A DNA stretch of 64,000 nucleotides, taken from an uncultured Candidatus Saccharibacteria bacterium. Its GTDB lineage: Bacteria > Patescibacteriota > Minisyncoccia > Phycocordibacterales > UBA2100. Below the pieces are notes generated by a model. The model was not told the origin of the DNA, made no database searches, and was given only the letters and a program-made list of their open reading frames with translations. Positions 34,329-43,023 of this stretch are shown piece after piece. Positions within the stretch are counted from its first letter, which is position 1. Each line of letters begins with the position of its first letter. The DNA lies in contig CAZOZG010000001.1 in NCBI GenBank assembly GCA_964584225.1, positions 21,652-85,651 on the forward strand, read 5' to 3'. Position numbers and translations under genes: made by a program.

Positions 34329-34751
34329 TCACTGTGCAAGCAATTCAATCGCGTTGTTGAGAGCGATAATTGCTTTGCCCTGGGCGTCATTGAGCTTAGC
34401 CTGGAGCTTTGCCTGTGACGCTTTCGAAGCATTGCGCGCGGCTTGTGCCGCGTTGAGCCGCAATCGTGCTGTTTTCCATGCTGCACGAGCCTCCTCCACG
34501 GCTTTGTGGCAAGGGATTGCTTGCACGGTCGACAGTTCACCGCAACTCTCATTCAGCTGCACGAACGTCGCATCCGTGTACATGAGATACAGTGTTGCCA
34601 GATACACGTTTCCTGCGCCATCCATGAAATGGACGGATCCGTGCATGTACCCTTGGTTGATGACGAGGGTTTGCGCGGAGGAAACAGTTGTCGTAACAAC
34701 CAGCACAATGAATGTGATGATTGCAAAGAGCGGGCGAGTAAGCATGTTCAC
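34329..34751 (-). CDS. hypothetical secreted protein (signal peptide plus Ala/Gln-rich coiled C-terminus)
   Basis: 140 aa; followed on the minus strand by hairpin plus T-tract at about 34275-34310. Confidence 0.45.
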   Translation of the reverse strand: MNMLTRPLFAIITFIVLVVTTTVSSAQTLVINQGYMHGSVHFMDGAGNVYLATLYLMYTDATFVQLNESCGELSTVQAIPCHKAVEEARAAWKTARLRLNAAQAARNASKASQAKLQAKLNDAQGKAIIALNNAIELLAQ

Positions 34752-34999
34752 GTCTCCCTGTTGTTACATCGCGTGCAAGGATTATACCACATATATACTT
34801 ATAGCGCAAGTGCTTTTGTTTGACTTCAGAAGTGCCATCGCGTATAGTGGCAGAGCCTCGTAGGGGGCCTTGTTTTTAGCCAAAAAATGGCTGTTACCCA
34901 AAGTTTCTGAGGGGAACAAGGTCACGGTTGGGAAGCCCATAATCCTTCGCGTAAGCAAAGGATGCAGGCTCTCAAAATCTTCCTATTTGGCGCACTGCA

Positions 35000-35185
35000 A
35001 TGGCAAAAAAGTCTTTGATCGTAAAAGCGAACCGCAAGCCGAAGTTTTCTTCGCGCAAGGTTCGCCGCTGCTACAAGTGCGGCCGCCCGCGCGGTTTTAT
35101 GCGTGATTTCAATCTGTGCCGCGTGTGTTTCCGAGAGGAAGCGCTCGAAGGCAACATTCCCGGCATCAAAAAATCAAGCTGGTAA
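35000..35185 (+). CDS. rpsZ: 30S ribosomal protein S14 type Z (zinc-binding)
   Basis: 61 aa; CYKCGRP...CRVCFRE. Confidence 0.9.
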   Translation: MAKKSLIVKANRKPKFSSRKVRRCYKCGRPRGFMRDFNLCRVCFREEALEGNIPGIKKSSW

Positions 35186-35191
35186 TTTTCT

Positions 35192-35584
35192 ATGACTGAC
35201 GTAATTGGAGATTTGGTAGTGCGTTTGAAAAACGCGAGCGACGTCAAAAAGGCGAGCGTCTCGATTCCATTTTCGAATTACAAAATGGCGATCGCGGAAA
35301 AATTACAGCATGCAGGATTCGTCAAAGGCGTCGAAAAGCGTGGGAAGAAAATTAAAAAGACGCTCGAGGTGATGCTCAAGTACGATGAAGGAGGTAAGCC
35401 GGCGATCAGCGGTACGAAACGTATTTCGAAGCCGGGTCGTCGCATGTATCGCGCTGTTTTGGACATCCACTCGGTCCGCTATGGCCGTGGCGCACTCATT
35501 CTCTCGACACCGAAGGGCATTTTGACCGACAAAGAAGCGCGTAAAGAAAAAGTCGGCGGCGAAGCACTCTTCGAAATTTGGTAA
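35192..35584 (+). CDS. rpsH: 30S ribosomal protein S8
   Basis: 130 aa; MTDVIGDLVVRLKNA start. Confidence 0.93.
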   Translation: MTDVIGDLVVRLKNASDVKKASVSIPFSNYKMAIAEKLQHAGFVKGVEKRGKKIKKTLEVMLKYDEGGKPAISGTKRISKPGRRMYRAVLDIHSVRYGRGALILSTPKGILTDKEARKEKVGGEALFEIW

Positions 35585-35591
35585 ATCATTT

Positions 35592-36140
35592 ATGAGTCGC
35601 ACCGGCAAACTTCCGATCAAAATTCCCGCAGGCACAGATGTGTCTGTCGCAAGCGGCACGATTACGGTCAAGGGCAAAGGCGGCACGCTGAAGCGCACAC
35701 TGCACCCGGCGGTTGCTGTCGCTGTGGCAAATGGTGAAGTCACCGTCACGCCCGCAACTGAATCGCGTATTGCCCGTTCGCTCTGGGGCACCTATGCAGC
35801 ACACGTACGCAACATGGTCGCCGGCGTCAACACACCCTTTTCCAAAAAGCTCCAGATCGAAGGAATCGGTTACCGCGCCGAGCTTTCTGGTAAGCAGCTC
35901 AAATTGAGCTTGGGCTTTTCGCATCCTGTCCTTGTCGCGATTCCTGAAGGCATCACGGTCACTGTCGAGAAGAACATCGTCACCGTGAGTGGCGCCAACA
36001 AAGAAATGGTCGGTGAATTTTCTGCATCTGTCCGTGCACTCAAAAAGCCAGAACCGTACAAGGGGAAGGGTATTCGCTATGAGGGCGAAGTGGTCCGCGA
36101 GAAGGCGGGCAAGAAAGCTGCCGCCGCAGCAACTGCATAA
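35592..36140 (+). CDS. rplF: 50S ribosomal protein L6
   Basis: 182 aa; two L6 repeats. Confidence 0.93.
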   Translation: MSRTGKLPIKIPAGTDVSVASGTITVKGKGGTLKRTLHPAVAVAVANGEVTVTPATESRIARSLWGTYAAHVRNMVAGVNTPFSKKLQIEGIGYRAELSGKQLKLSLGFSHPVLVAIPEGITVTVEKNIVTVSGANKEMVGEFSASVRALKKPEPYKGKGIRYEGEVVREKAGKKAAAAATA

Positions 36141-36143
36141 TCT

Positions 36144-36488
36144 ATGACAATGACGAAATCACAACAGCGAGAACGACGTCATCGCCGGGTGCGTGCAAAA
36201 GTCATTGGTACGGAAAAGCGTCCGCGCCTTTCTGTATTTAAATCCAATACGCGTTTGGTCGCACAGATCATCAATGATGATAAGGGCGTGACGATCGCAG
36301 CCGTTTCTTCGCGTGACGAGCAGGGCAAGACGCCGCGTGAGCGCGCCGAGATGGCAGCAAAGACACTTGCGACGCGCGCAAACGAGAAAGGCGTGAAAGC
36401 GGTAGTCTTCGATCGAGGCGGCTTTCAATACCTCGGGACGATCAAGGCTTTCGCCGATGCTGCGCGCGCCGCAGGATTAGAGTTTTAA
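36144..36488 (+). CDS. rplR: 50S ribosomal protein L18
   Basis: 114 aa; RLSVFKSN...FDRGG. Confidence 0.9.
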   Translation: MTMTKSQQRERRHRRVRAKVIGTEKRPRLSVFKSNTRLVAQIINDDKGVTIAAVSSRDEQGKTPRERAEMAAKTLATRANEKGVKAVVFDRGGFQYLGTIKAFADAARAAGLEF

Positions 36489-36646
36489 GGGAGCGAAGCG
36501 AACACTTACCCCGCACTTTCTAACATCACTTTTCTTCAAGAAGCAAATATGAAAACACCAACCGACAACAGTACAAAATGCAACGTACAGAAAGTGCGGG
36601 GTGTAAGAGCTTCTAAGCTCGTTGTTACTCGCTAAGAATCTCTAAC
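36489..36646 (+). ncRNA. conserved structured intergenic element, copy B (5' GAGCGAAGCGAA; 14-bp inverted repeat ccccgcactttct/agaaagtgcgggg; 3' block aagagcttctaagctcgttgttactcgctaagaatctctaacATG)
   Basis: Ends exactly at the rpsE ATG; paralog of 26761-26938. Confidence 0.4.
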
Positions 36647-37270
36647 ATGAACGCTGAACCAAACATGCAAGAGGGAGGAATGACAGAGCCGGCCGTCGAG
36701 GTGCCGGTGCGGGAGGTGAGCATGCCGGAGCCGCAGGCTTCGGAGACGAAACCATTTGAACGACGTGGTGGTTTCCGCGAACGCGGCGGTGATCGCCGTG
36801 GTGGCCGCCCGCCTCGAGGCGGTGGCCGCGAGGGCCAGCGCAGCGAATTTGCGCAAAAATTGATCGGCATCCGCCGCGTGGCGCGTGTCATGGCGGGCGG
36901 CCGTCGTTTCAATTTCTCCGTCGGCATTGTCTTGGGCGACAAAAAGGGCCGTGTCGGTGTGGGCTTGGGCAAGGCGGCAGACACGCAGCTCGCGATTGAA
37001 AAGGCAAGCCGCGCAGCCAAGCGCAACATGCTCAACCTCAATCTCACCAAAAACCGCTCGATTCCACACAACGTCGAGGCGAAATACTGCGCGTCAGTCG
37101 TCGAAATCCGTCCGGCCGCGGGCCGCGGATTGGTTGCTGGCTCTTCGGTCCGAACGGTCTTGGAGCTCGGTGGAGTCTCCGATGTCACTGCAAAATTGCT
37201 CTCCCGCAGCCACAATCCGGTCAACAACGCACGCGCAGCAATCGAAGCCTTGCGCCAAATTTCCAAATAA
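36647..37270 (+). CDS. rpsE: 30S ribosomal protein S5 with Arg/Gly-rich N-terminal extension
   Basis: S5 dsRBD-like and C-terminal domains; rplR is followed directly by rpsE and rplO, with no rpmD. Confidence 0.93.
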   Translation: MNAEPNMQEGGMTEPAVEVPVREVSMPEPQASETKPFERRGGFRERGGDRRGGRPPRGGGREGQRSEFAQKLIGIRRVARVMAGGRRFNFSVGIVLGDKKGRVGVGLGKAADTQLAIEKASRAAKRNMLNLNLTKNRSIPHNVEAKYCASVVEIRPAAGRGLVAGSSVRTVLELGGVSDVTAKLLSRSHNPVNNARAAIEALRQISK

Positions 37271-37273
37271 TCT

Positions 37274-37726
37274 ATGCAGCTTCACTCAATCACACGTCCC
37301 TCGACACTGAAGCGCCCGTACCGCCGAGTCGGTCGCGGTCAATCTTCAACGCGTGGCAAACAATCAGGCCGTGGCGGCAAAGGGCAGACGGCGCGCGCCG
37401 GTCACAAAATTCGTCCGGCACTTCGCGACATCATCAAGAAAATCCCGAAGCGCCGTGGATTTGGTAAAAACCGTGGTCGCACTGTCGTCGGGACGCGTCT
37501 TCCGACGTTTGCAATTCCGCTCGCCCGCCTCGAAGCGGCGTTTGATAGCGGGGCAGAAGTGACGCTCGCGGCACTCCGAGAGCGCGGCATTCTCCACGCT
37601 CGGAAACACATGCCGGTCAAAGTCGTCGGCGGTGGTGAACTCTCGAAAAAACTTTCACTCAAAGGCTTGAGCGTTTCTGCAGGAGTTCGCGCGAGCGTCG
37701 AAAAAGCAGGTGGCAGCATCGCCTAA
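37274..37726 (+). CDS. rplO: 50S ribosomal protein L15
   Basis: 150 aa; Gly/Arg-rich N-terminus. Confidence 0.9.
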   Translation: MQLHSITRPSTLKRPYRRVGRGQSSTRGKQSGRGGKGQTARAGHKIRPALRDIIKKIPKRRGFGKNRGRTVVGTRLPTFAIPLARLEAAFDSGAEVTLAALRERGILHARKHMPVKVVGGGELSKKLSLKGLSVSAGVRASVEKAGGSIA

Positions 37727-37728
37727 AT

Positions 37729-39003
37729 ATGTTTCAAGAATTTCTTCGCAAAGCAAAACTCATCGCGACTGATGAGACATTGCGCTCGCGCGTCTTGTTC
37801 GTCTTGGGAGCACTCATCGTTTTCCGTTTGCTCGCCGCGATTCCGGTTCCCGGTATCAACGCAGCCGCACTCCAAAATTATCTCAACAACAACCAATTCC
37901 TGGGCCTCTTGAATGTTTTTTCTGGCGGCGGTTTTTCCAATCTCTCGATCATGATGATCGGTGTCTCGCCCTTCATCACTGCTTCGATCATCATGCAACT
38001 CGCGACAGTCCTCTTTCCGAAATTGAAGGAAATGTATCAAGAAGAAGGCGACTCGGGCCGGCAGCGCTTTACGCAGTACTCGCGATACCTCACGGTGCCC
38101 TTGGCGTTCGTCCAGGCGTTCGGTTTTCTCATTTTGCTTGCGCAAAACGGCGTCCTTCCAGCGCTTGATCTCATGCACATGGTGACCAACGTCGTCGTCA
38201 TCGCAGCAGGATCGATTCTTCTTATGTGGATCGGCGAGTTGATCACGGAATTTGGCGTCGGCAACGGCGTCTCGCTCCTCATCTTCGCTGGTATCGTCGC
38301 GCGCATTCCGAGTAATATTTCGCAACTTGCATTTAGTTTTGACGTCTCGCAGTTGCCGGCCTACGTCGGCTTCCTCGCGGCTGCAATTGTGATCGTCGCT
38401 GGCGTTGTCTTTATCACAGAAGCTGAGCGGCCGATTCCAGTTACCTATGCGCGCCGCGTGCGTGGCATGAAAGTCTTGGGTGGCGTCTCGACGTACTTGC
38501 CGCTTCGCGTGAATCAGGCGGGCGTGATTCCGATTGTCTTTGCACTCTCGATTCTCCTTTTCCCGCAGATGATCGCGTCGTTTCTCGCGCGCAGTTCGGT
38601 GAGCATCGTCGCGACGATCGCGAGCGCAGTCGTCTCAGGCTTGGCGAATCAGTGGATTTACGGAGGTCTGTACTTTGCATTTGTTGTTATCTTCACGTAC
38701 TTCTACACGGCGATTACATTCGAGCCGCACCAGATTGCAAAAAACCTCCATAAAAACGGGGCATTCATCCCCGGCGTTCGTCCGGGCCAAACGACCTCGG
38801 AGTACCTTGGCAACATCATCACGCGCATTACGCTCGTCGGTGCTCTCTTCCTTGGTTTGCTCGCGATCTTGCCCCTCATACTGCGTGGCATCACCGGAAT
38901 TACCGCGCTCACGATTGGTGGCACGGCGCTCCTGATCGTCGTTTCGGTCGTATTGGATGTGGTTAAAAAGATTGACGCGCAAACTTCCATCCGCGAGTAC
39001 TAG
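37729..39003 (+). CDS. secY: preprotein translocase subunit SecY
   Basis: 424 aa, 10 TM; LFVLGALIVFRLLA..IPVPGI N-terminus. Confidence 0.95.
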   Translation: MFQEFLRKAKLIATDETLRSRVLFVLGALIVFRLLAAIPVPGINAAALQNYLNNNQFLGLLNVFSGGGFSNLSIMMIGVSPFITASIIMQLATVLFPKLKEMYQEEGDSGRQRFTQYSRYLTVPLAFVQAFGFLILLAQNGVLPALDLMHMVTNVVVIAAGSILLMWIGELITEFGVGNGVSLLIFAGIVARIPSNISQLAFSFDVSQLPAYVGFLAAAIVIVAGVVFITEAERPIPVTYARRVRGMKVLGGVSTYLPLRVNQAGVIPIVFALSILLFPQMIASFLARSSVSIVATIASAVVSGLANQWIYGGLYFAFVVIFTYFYTAITFEPHQIAKNLHKNGAFIPGVRPGQTTSEYLGNIITRITLVGALFLGLLAILPLILRGITGITALTIGGTALLIVVSVVLDVVKKIDAQTSIREY

Positions 39004-39018
39004 TGCTACAATTTGCGG

Positions 39019-39561
39019 ATGCCCCCGGGGTCTCCATCTCCTTCAACGGGTATCAAGTGGCATGAAGTCACCTGGTATTCCAAGCTCGGCGCAATAATTC
39101 TTTTTTTGGGCATAGTTCCGGTGGTTTGTTTTTATATCGGAACACAATATGAGTTAGCTCAACAATCTTTTACGGCACCCATTTCGATGTCGGTTTCACC
39201 AGCTAATAATCAACAAGAAAATGTTAGATCTCAAAACAGAAATGCATCAATCGCAACAACCACGCCGGCGGGTATTCCTGTCACCATAGAAATCTCACCC
39301 TGCGCACAGAATGATGATCAGTATTGTTTCGGATCTGGTACTGCAAATTCCGCAACGAAAGGCAATATCACTGTGTTCGATACGGTATCGACGGATTGTT
39401 CCATAAATTATGGGGTAATAGCTGACCGCCAGGGAACAAAATATTTCTACAATGTGGATGTGGATTCAGGAAATAACTGCTCTTCACTACAGCCTGACGA
39501 CAGATACCTAGCGCATGCTCAATTTCGTGACGAAATTCTCAATGGTGCTCTGGGAATGTAG
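39019..39561 (+). CDS. hypothetical membrane-anchored protein, low-GC gene inserted after secY
   Basis: N-terminal TM; Cys-containing extracytoplasmic region; markedly AT-rich versus flanks. Confidence 0.4.
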   Translation: MPPGSPSPSTGIKWHEVTWYSKLGAIILFLGIVPVVCFYIGTQYELAQQSFTAPISMSVSPANNQQENVRSQNRNASIATTTPAGIPVTIEISPCAQNDDQYCFGSGTANSATKGNITVFDTVSTDCSINYGVIADRQGTKYFYNVDVDSGNNCSSLQPDDRYLAHAQFRDEILNGALGM

Positions 39562-39636
39562 GGTAAGTCTTCGTCTATTAATTTTTAATTCTCTAACGTC
39601 GTGCACCGTGATCTGATGTGGTAGGATGTCGCGAAT

Positions 39637-40212
39637 ATGAAGCAGGTCGTCGTGATCGCGGGCCCGTCGGGGAGCGGGAAGGATGTCATCATCCGCGAGC
39701 TTGAAAAGCGCTACAAAAATGTCACGCGCATGGTTACAGCGACGACCCGACCACCGCGCCCCGGTGAGCAGGATGGGATCGACTACCATTTCATGTCGAA
39801 CGACGATTTCAAACAGGAAATCAAAGCCGGAAATATTCTCGAACACTACTATCGCGAAGAGACTGAGACGTACTACGGCACGTACAAGCCCGACGTCGAC
39901 ACCCGAATCGCGACCGGGAAGATTGTCTTTTGTCAGCTCCAGATCGTAGGCGCAAAATATTTTAAAGAGCATTACCATGCGACAACGATTTTTATCGAAC
40001 CGCCGTCCTTGAAGGTGCTCGATGAGCGTATCGCGGCACGTTCGGTGATGAGTGCAATTGAACTCAAAGAGCGCGAAAAAATCACGAAAGAAGAAATCGA
40101 GCAGGATGCAAAATGGTACGACTATCGAGTCGTCAACGAAGAAGGCAAGCTCGAAAAAGCGGTCGACGAAGTGGTGGCAATTCTCCAAAAAGAGGGCTAT
40201 ACTCTTGCGTAA
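39637..40212 (+). CDS. gmk: guanylate kinase
   Basis: GPSGSGK P-loop and TTRPPRPGEQDGIDYHF motif. Confidence 0.8.
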   Translation: MKQVVVIAGPSGSGKDVIIRELEKRYKNVTRMVTATTRPPRPGEQDGIDYHFMSNDDFKQEIKAGNILEHYYREETETYYGTYKPDVDTRIATGKIVFCQLQIVGAKYFKEHYHATTIFIEPPSLKVLDERIAARSVMSAIELKEREKITKEEIEQDAKWYDYRVVNEEGKLEKAVDEVVAILQKEGYTLA

Positions 40213-40809
40213 ATGAAAGATCCACTCACGATTGCGTTCTTCGGTATTTCTGGAAGCGGCAAAGGGACACAAGCCGCACTTCTCATAGATTACTTGAAAG
40301 AAAAGGATCCCGGCCGCGTCTCCGCGCGCGCAGAGATGGGAAATTTCTTGCGTGCCTTTGCCGAGGAGCCGACGTTGCTCGGGAAAAAAGTGAAAGAGAT
40401 CCTGATGTCCGGCGGCCTCGTGCCGTCTTTTATGGCGATTTACATGCTGGTACGGTATTTCGATACACACATTCAAGGTGATGAGCATTTTATTTTCGAC
40501 GGCACCTGCCGCCGGCCGGAGCAGTCGATCGCTGTCGACGAGCTCGCGCGTTTCTACGGACGCAAAGATCTGCATGTTGTTGTCTTGAACCTCTCACGAG
40601 AAGAAGCGCATAAGCGCCTTCTCGCGCGCGGTCGCCCGGACGATGCAACAGAAGAAGCATTAAATAGTCGTTTCCAGTGGTACACCGATCACGTTATTCC
40701 CTCGATCAATAAATTGGTTGAGCTGGGGTGGACCAAGCACGAAGTCGACGGTGCCGCCGATATCGCGACGGTTCATAAGCAACTGCTCGGAGAACTGAAA
40801 CTCGCATGA
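40213..40809 (+). CDS. adk: adenylate kinase
   Basis: GISGSGKGTQA P-loop; FDG; ARGRPDD LID-like segment; in the canonical position between secY and map. Confidence 0.75.
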   Translation: MKDPLTIAFFGISGSGKGTQAALLIDYLKEKDPGRVSARAEMGNFLRAFAEEPTLLGKKVKEILMSGGLVPSFMAIYMLVRYFDTHIQGDEHFIFDGTCRRPEQSIAVDELARFYGRKDLHVVVLNLSREEAHKRLLARGRPDDATEEALNSRFQWYTDHVIPSINKLVELGWTKHEVDGAADIATVHKQLLGELKLA

Positions 40810-41576
40810 TTGCGAAAAAGAAAGAAGAACTCGAAATCCTGCGCGAAGGCGGCAGGAGGCTTGCGCGTCACGTTCGTCATCTAAGTGAAATGGTACAACC
40901 GGGCGTCGCTGCAGCCGATCTCGAAAAAGCAGCGCGTGAGTGGGTTGCCGCTGAAGGCGATGAGCTCGCGTTCTTTGGGTACCGAGGCAAGAAAGACGAA
41001 CACGGCTTTCCGTCTGGGCTGTGCGTATCAGTCAACGACGTGATCGTGCACTCGCCGGCCGGGCAGAACAACGCCGTCTTTCAAGAGGGCGACGTCGTCT
41101 GCGTCGATTTCGGAATCAAACATCGCGGTCTCTACACTGATCATGCGGCGACCGTCATCGCAGGAAAAGCAAAAAGCGTAGACGACGAGAAACTTGTCAG
41201 AGGGACGTATGAGGCGCTCACCGCCGGGATTACAGAGGCCGTCGTCGGCAATACGACGGGCGACATCGGCTACGCAGTGCAAGAAATCGCCGAAAAATAC
41301 GCCTTTGGCTATCCGAAGAATCTCTCGGGGCATGGAGTTGGCAAACACGTCCACGAAGAACCACACGTCCCGAATTACGGCGAGCCCGGTAGAGGTGAGA
41401 AATTAGTGGAAGGACTCGTCATCGCAATTGAGCCAATGATGACGCTCGGCTCCGGAGAGCTCTACATCGACAAGGACGGGCACTCGTATCGCACCAAAGA
41501 CAAATCTCGCTCCGCACACGCGGAACACACGGTGCTCATCACAAAAAAAGGTCCGGAAATTTTGACGAAAGAGTAG
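40806..41576 (+). CDS. map: methionine aminopeptidase type I
   Basis: 256 aa; metal-binding D/D/H/E/E pattern. Confidence 0.9.
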   Translation: MIAKKKEELEILREGGRRLARHVRHLSEMVQPGVAAADLEKAAREWVAAEGDELAFFGYRGKKDEHGFPSGLCVSVNDVIVHSPAGQNNAVFQEGDVVCVDFGIKHRGLYTDHAATVIAGKAKSVDDEKLVRGTYEALTAGITEAVVGNTTGDIGYAVQEIAEKYAFGYPKNLSGHGVGKHVHEEPHVPNYGEPGRGEKLVEGLVIAIEPMMTLGSGELYIDKDGHSYRTKDKSRSAHAEHTVLITKKGPEILTKE

Positions 41577-41627
41577 CCTGTTGACAGCGAGCTCGGCCGA
41601 TGCCGATGCTGCGGGTATACTTCCGGT

Positions 41628-42995
41628 ATGACACTCGTGCGCGTGCGGGTCGGTTATCTCGTGGCAGTGATGGTAGCGCTTTGTGCACTCCCGACTCTCG
41701 TTGTGCACGCACAGGCTGCCGGATGTCACATCGCATCGCAAGCTGAAGTTGATGCAGGTGCGGTAGCAGGGCGCGAGGTGTGCGCAGCGGACGTCGCCGC
41801 GGGCATTACCGTTCAAGCAGGTGAGGCAAAAGAATACCTGCGCTCAATCTTTACGTCAGGCGGACAGCAATGTACGGCACAGCAGGATAAGATCGGTCAG
41901 CTCAATAACACGTTTGCAACGTGCGCGGCCCAGATGCTGAAGGCATATCAGGAGCGTTACGGCAAAGTCACCATCAATCGCGCATACAACGCAATGTCAT
42001 GCGAGGCGGCGTTGTGCGTGAATAATCCTGGCTGCGGTGGTTTCAACAACAACCCAGCCCCCAACAGTAGCCATGTGCAAGGAGTTGCCATGGACGTACA
42101 GACGCAAAATCAACAGCAGCTCATCGGCTTTGCGCGCGCCAATCCGCAATTTGGTGTGTGTTTTCCGATTTCGTGGGATACGGTGCACCTCGTCGGCGCG
42201 GGCTACAGCAACAACGGTGAGAGTCGCAGTTGCGCGTCGCAGGGAATCACGCAGCCGTGCGATGGTCTTCAAGCGGGGCAGGTGAACGCGCCCAACATGT
42301 CGGGCTTACCGCCCGCATCTCAATACGGAATGTCGCCGAACACACCTGCGCCAGCAGGATATACGACGCCACCAGCGTCTCCCGCGTCAGTTGCGCCAAT
42401 CGGTTCGCCACCACCCCTCGGGAACAACACGACCGCGTATGCCGTCGGCACCTGCTCACCGCAGTTTTATTGTTACAACAACAGCCTCACGTACCGCGCG
42501 AGCACGTGCGTCGACCAAACCTACCAGACATGCGCGTATGGATGTTCCGGCAATCAGTGTGCTCCCGCAGGTAGTCCCAGTAGTTCCACAAGCACTGTAG
42601 CGAACACGTCGCCCGTCAATACTGGAATCTCACTCGATAGTCTTTTCAACTTCGCCTCTAGCACGCCATCGCAAACGTCGTCGCAAACGGTCTCAACGTC
42701 GACGCCTGTCTTTAATTCCAATATGGCGGATGTGGTCGCGCTCAAGGTAGCCAATCCTTTCGCATCTCTCGGTCAGCAAGTCGCGACGGCCGCGCCACAG
42801 ACCGCATACACTTCAGGCGAGACATTCACCTCATCAGATCTGAGTTACTCTCCAGGCGGATCCTTTTCTTCTGTCGTGCAAAACAATAGCCTCCAATTTA
42901 CGCTCGGAGTTCTCAAAGACGCGTTGGTTGGATTGCTTGGTCTTTTGAAACCATTCGGCGGCGTCAACCCGCACGCGACGGGCACGCTGTACTAA
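41628..42995 (+). CDS. secreted LAS/M15-like peptidase-domain protein with Ser/Thr-rich linker, Cys-rich module and conserved C-terminus
   Basis: Signal peptide; SSHVQGVAMDV and WDTVH motifs; CSPQFYCYNNSL...TCAYGCSGNQC module; C-terminal LLGLLKPFGG; paralog at 51355-52704. Confidence 0.5.
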   Translation: MTLVRVRVGYLVAVMVALCALPTLVVHAQAAGCHIASQAEVDAGAVAGREVCAADVAAGITVQAGEAKEYLRSIFTSGGQQCTAQQDKIGQLNNTFATCAAQMLKAYQERYGKVTINRAYNAMSCEAALCVNNPGCGGFNNNPAPNSSHVQGVAMDVQTQNQQQLIGFARANPQFGVCFPISWDTVHLVGAGYSNNGESRSCASQGITQPCDGLQAGQVNAPNMSGLPPASQYGMSPNTPAPAGYTTPPASPASVAPIGSPPPLGNNTTAYAVGTCSPQFYCYNNSLTYRASTCVDQTYQTCAYGCSGNQCAPAGSPSSSTSTVANTSPVNTGISLDSLFNFASSTPSQTSSQTVSTSTPVFNSNMADVVALKVANPFASLGQQVATAAPQTAYTSGETFTSSDLSYSPGGSFSSVVQNNSLQFTLGVLKDALVGLLGLLKPFGGVNPHATGTLY

Positions 42996-43023
42996 AAGAA
43001 TGCTAGAGTAGACGCAATTCGCC

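Noticed and set aside
36625-37266. 213-aa minus-strand ORF antisense to rpsE
   Set aside because: A shadow ORF opposite the S5 gene (Arg/Pro-rich, from the GC-rich Arg/Gly extension codons).
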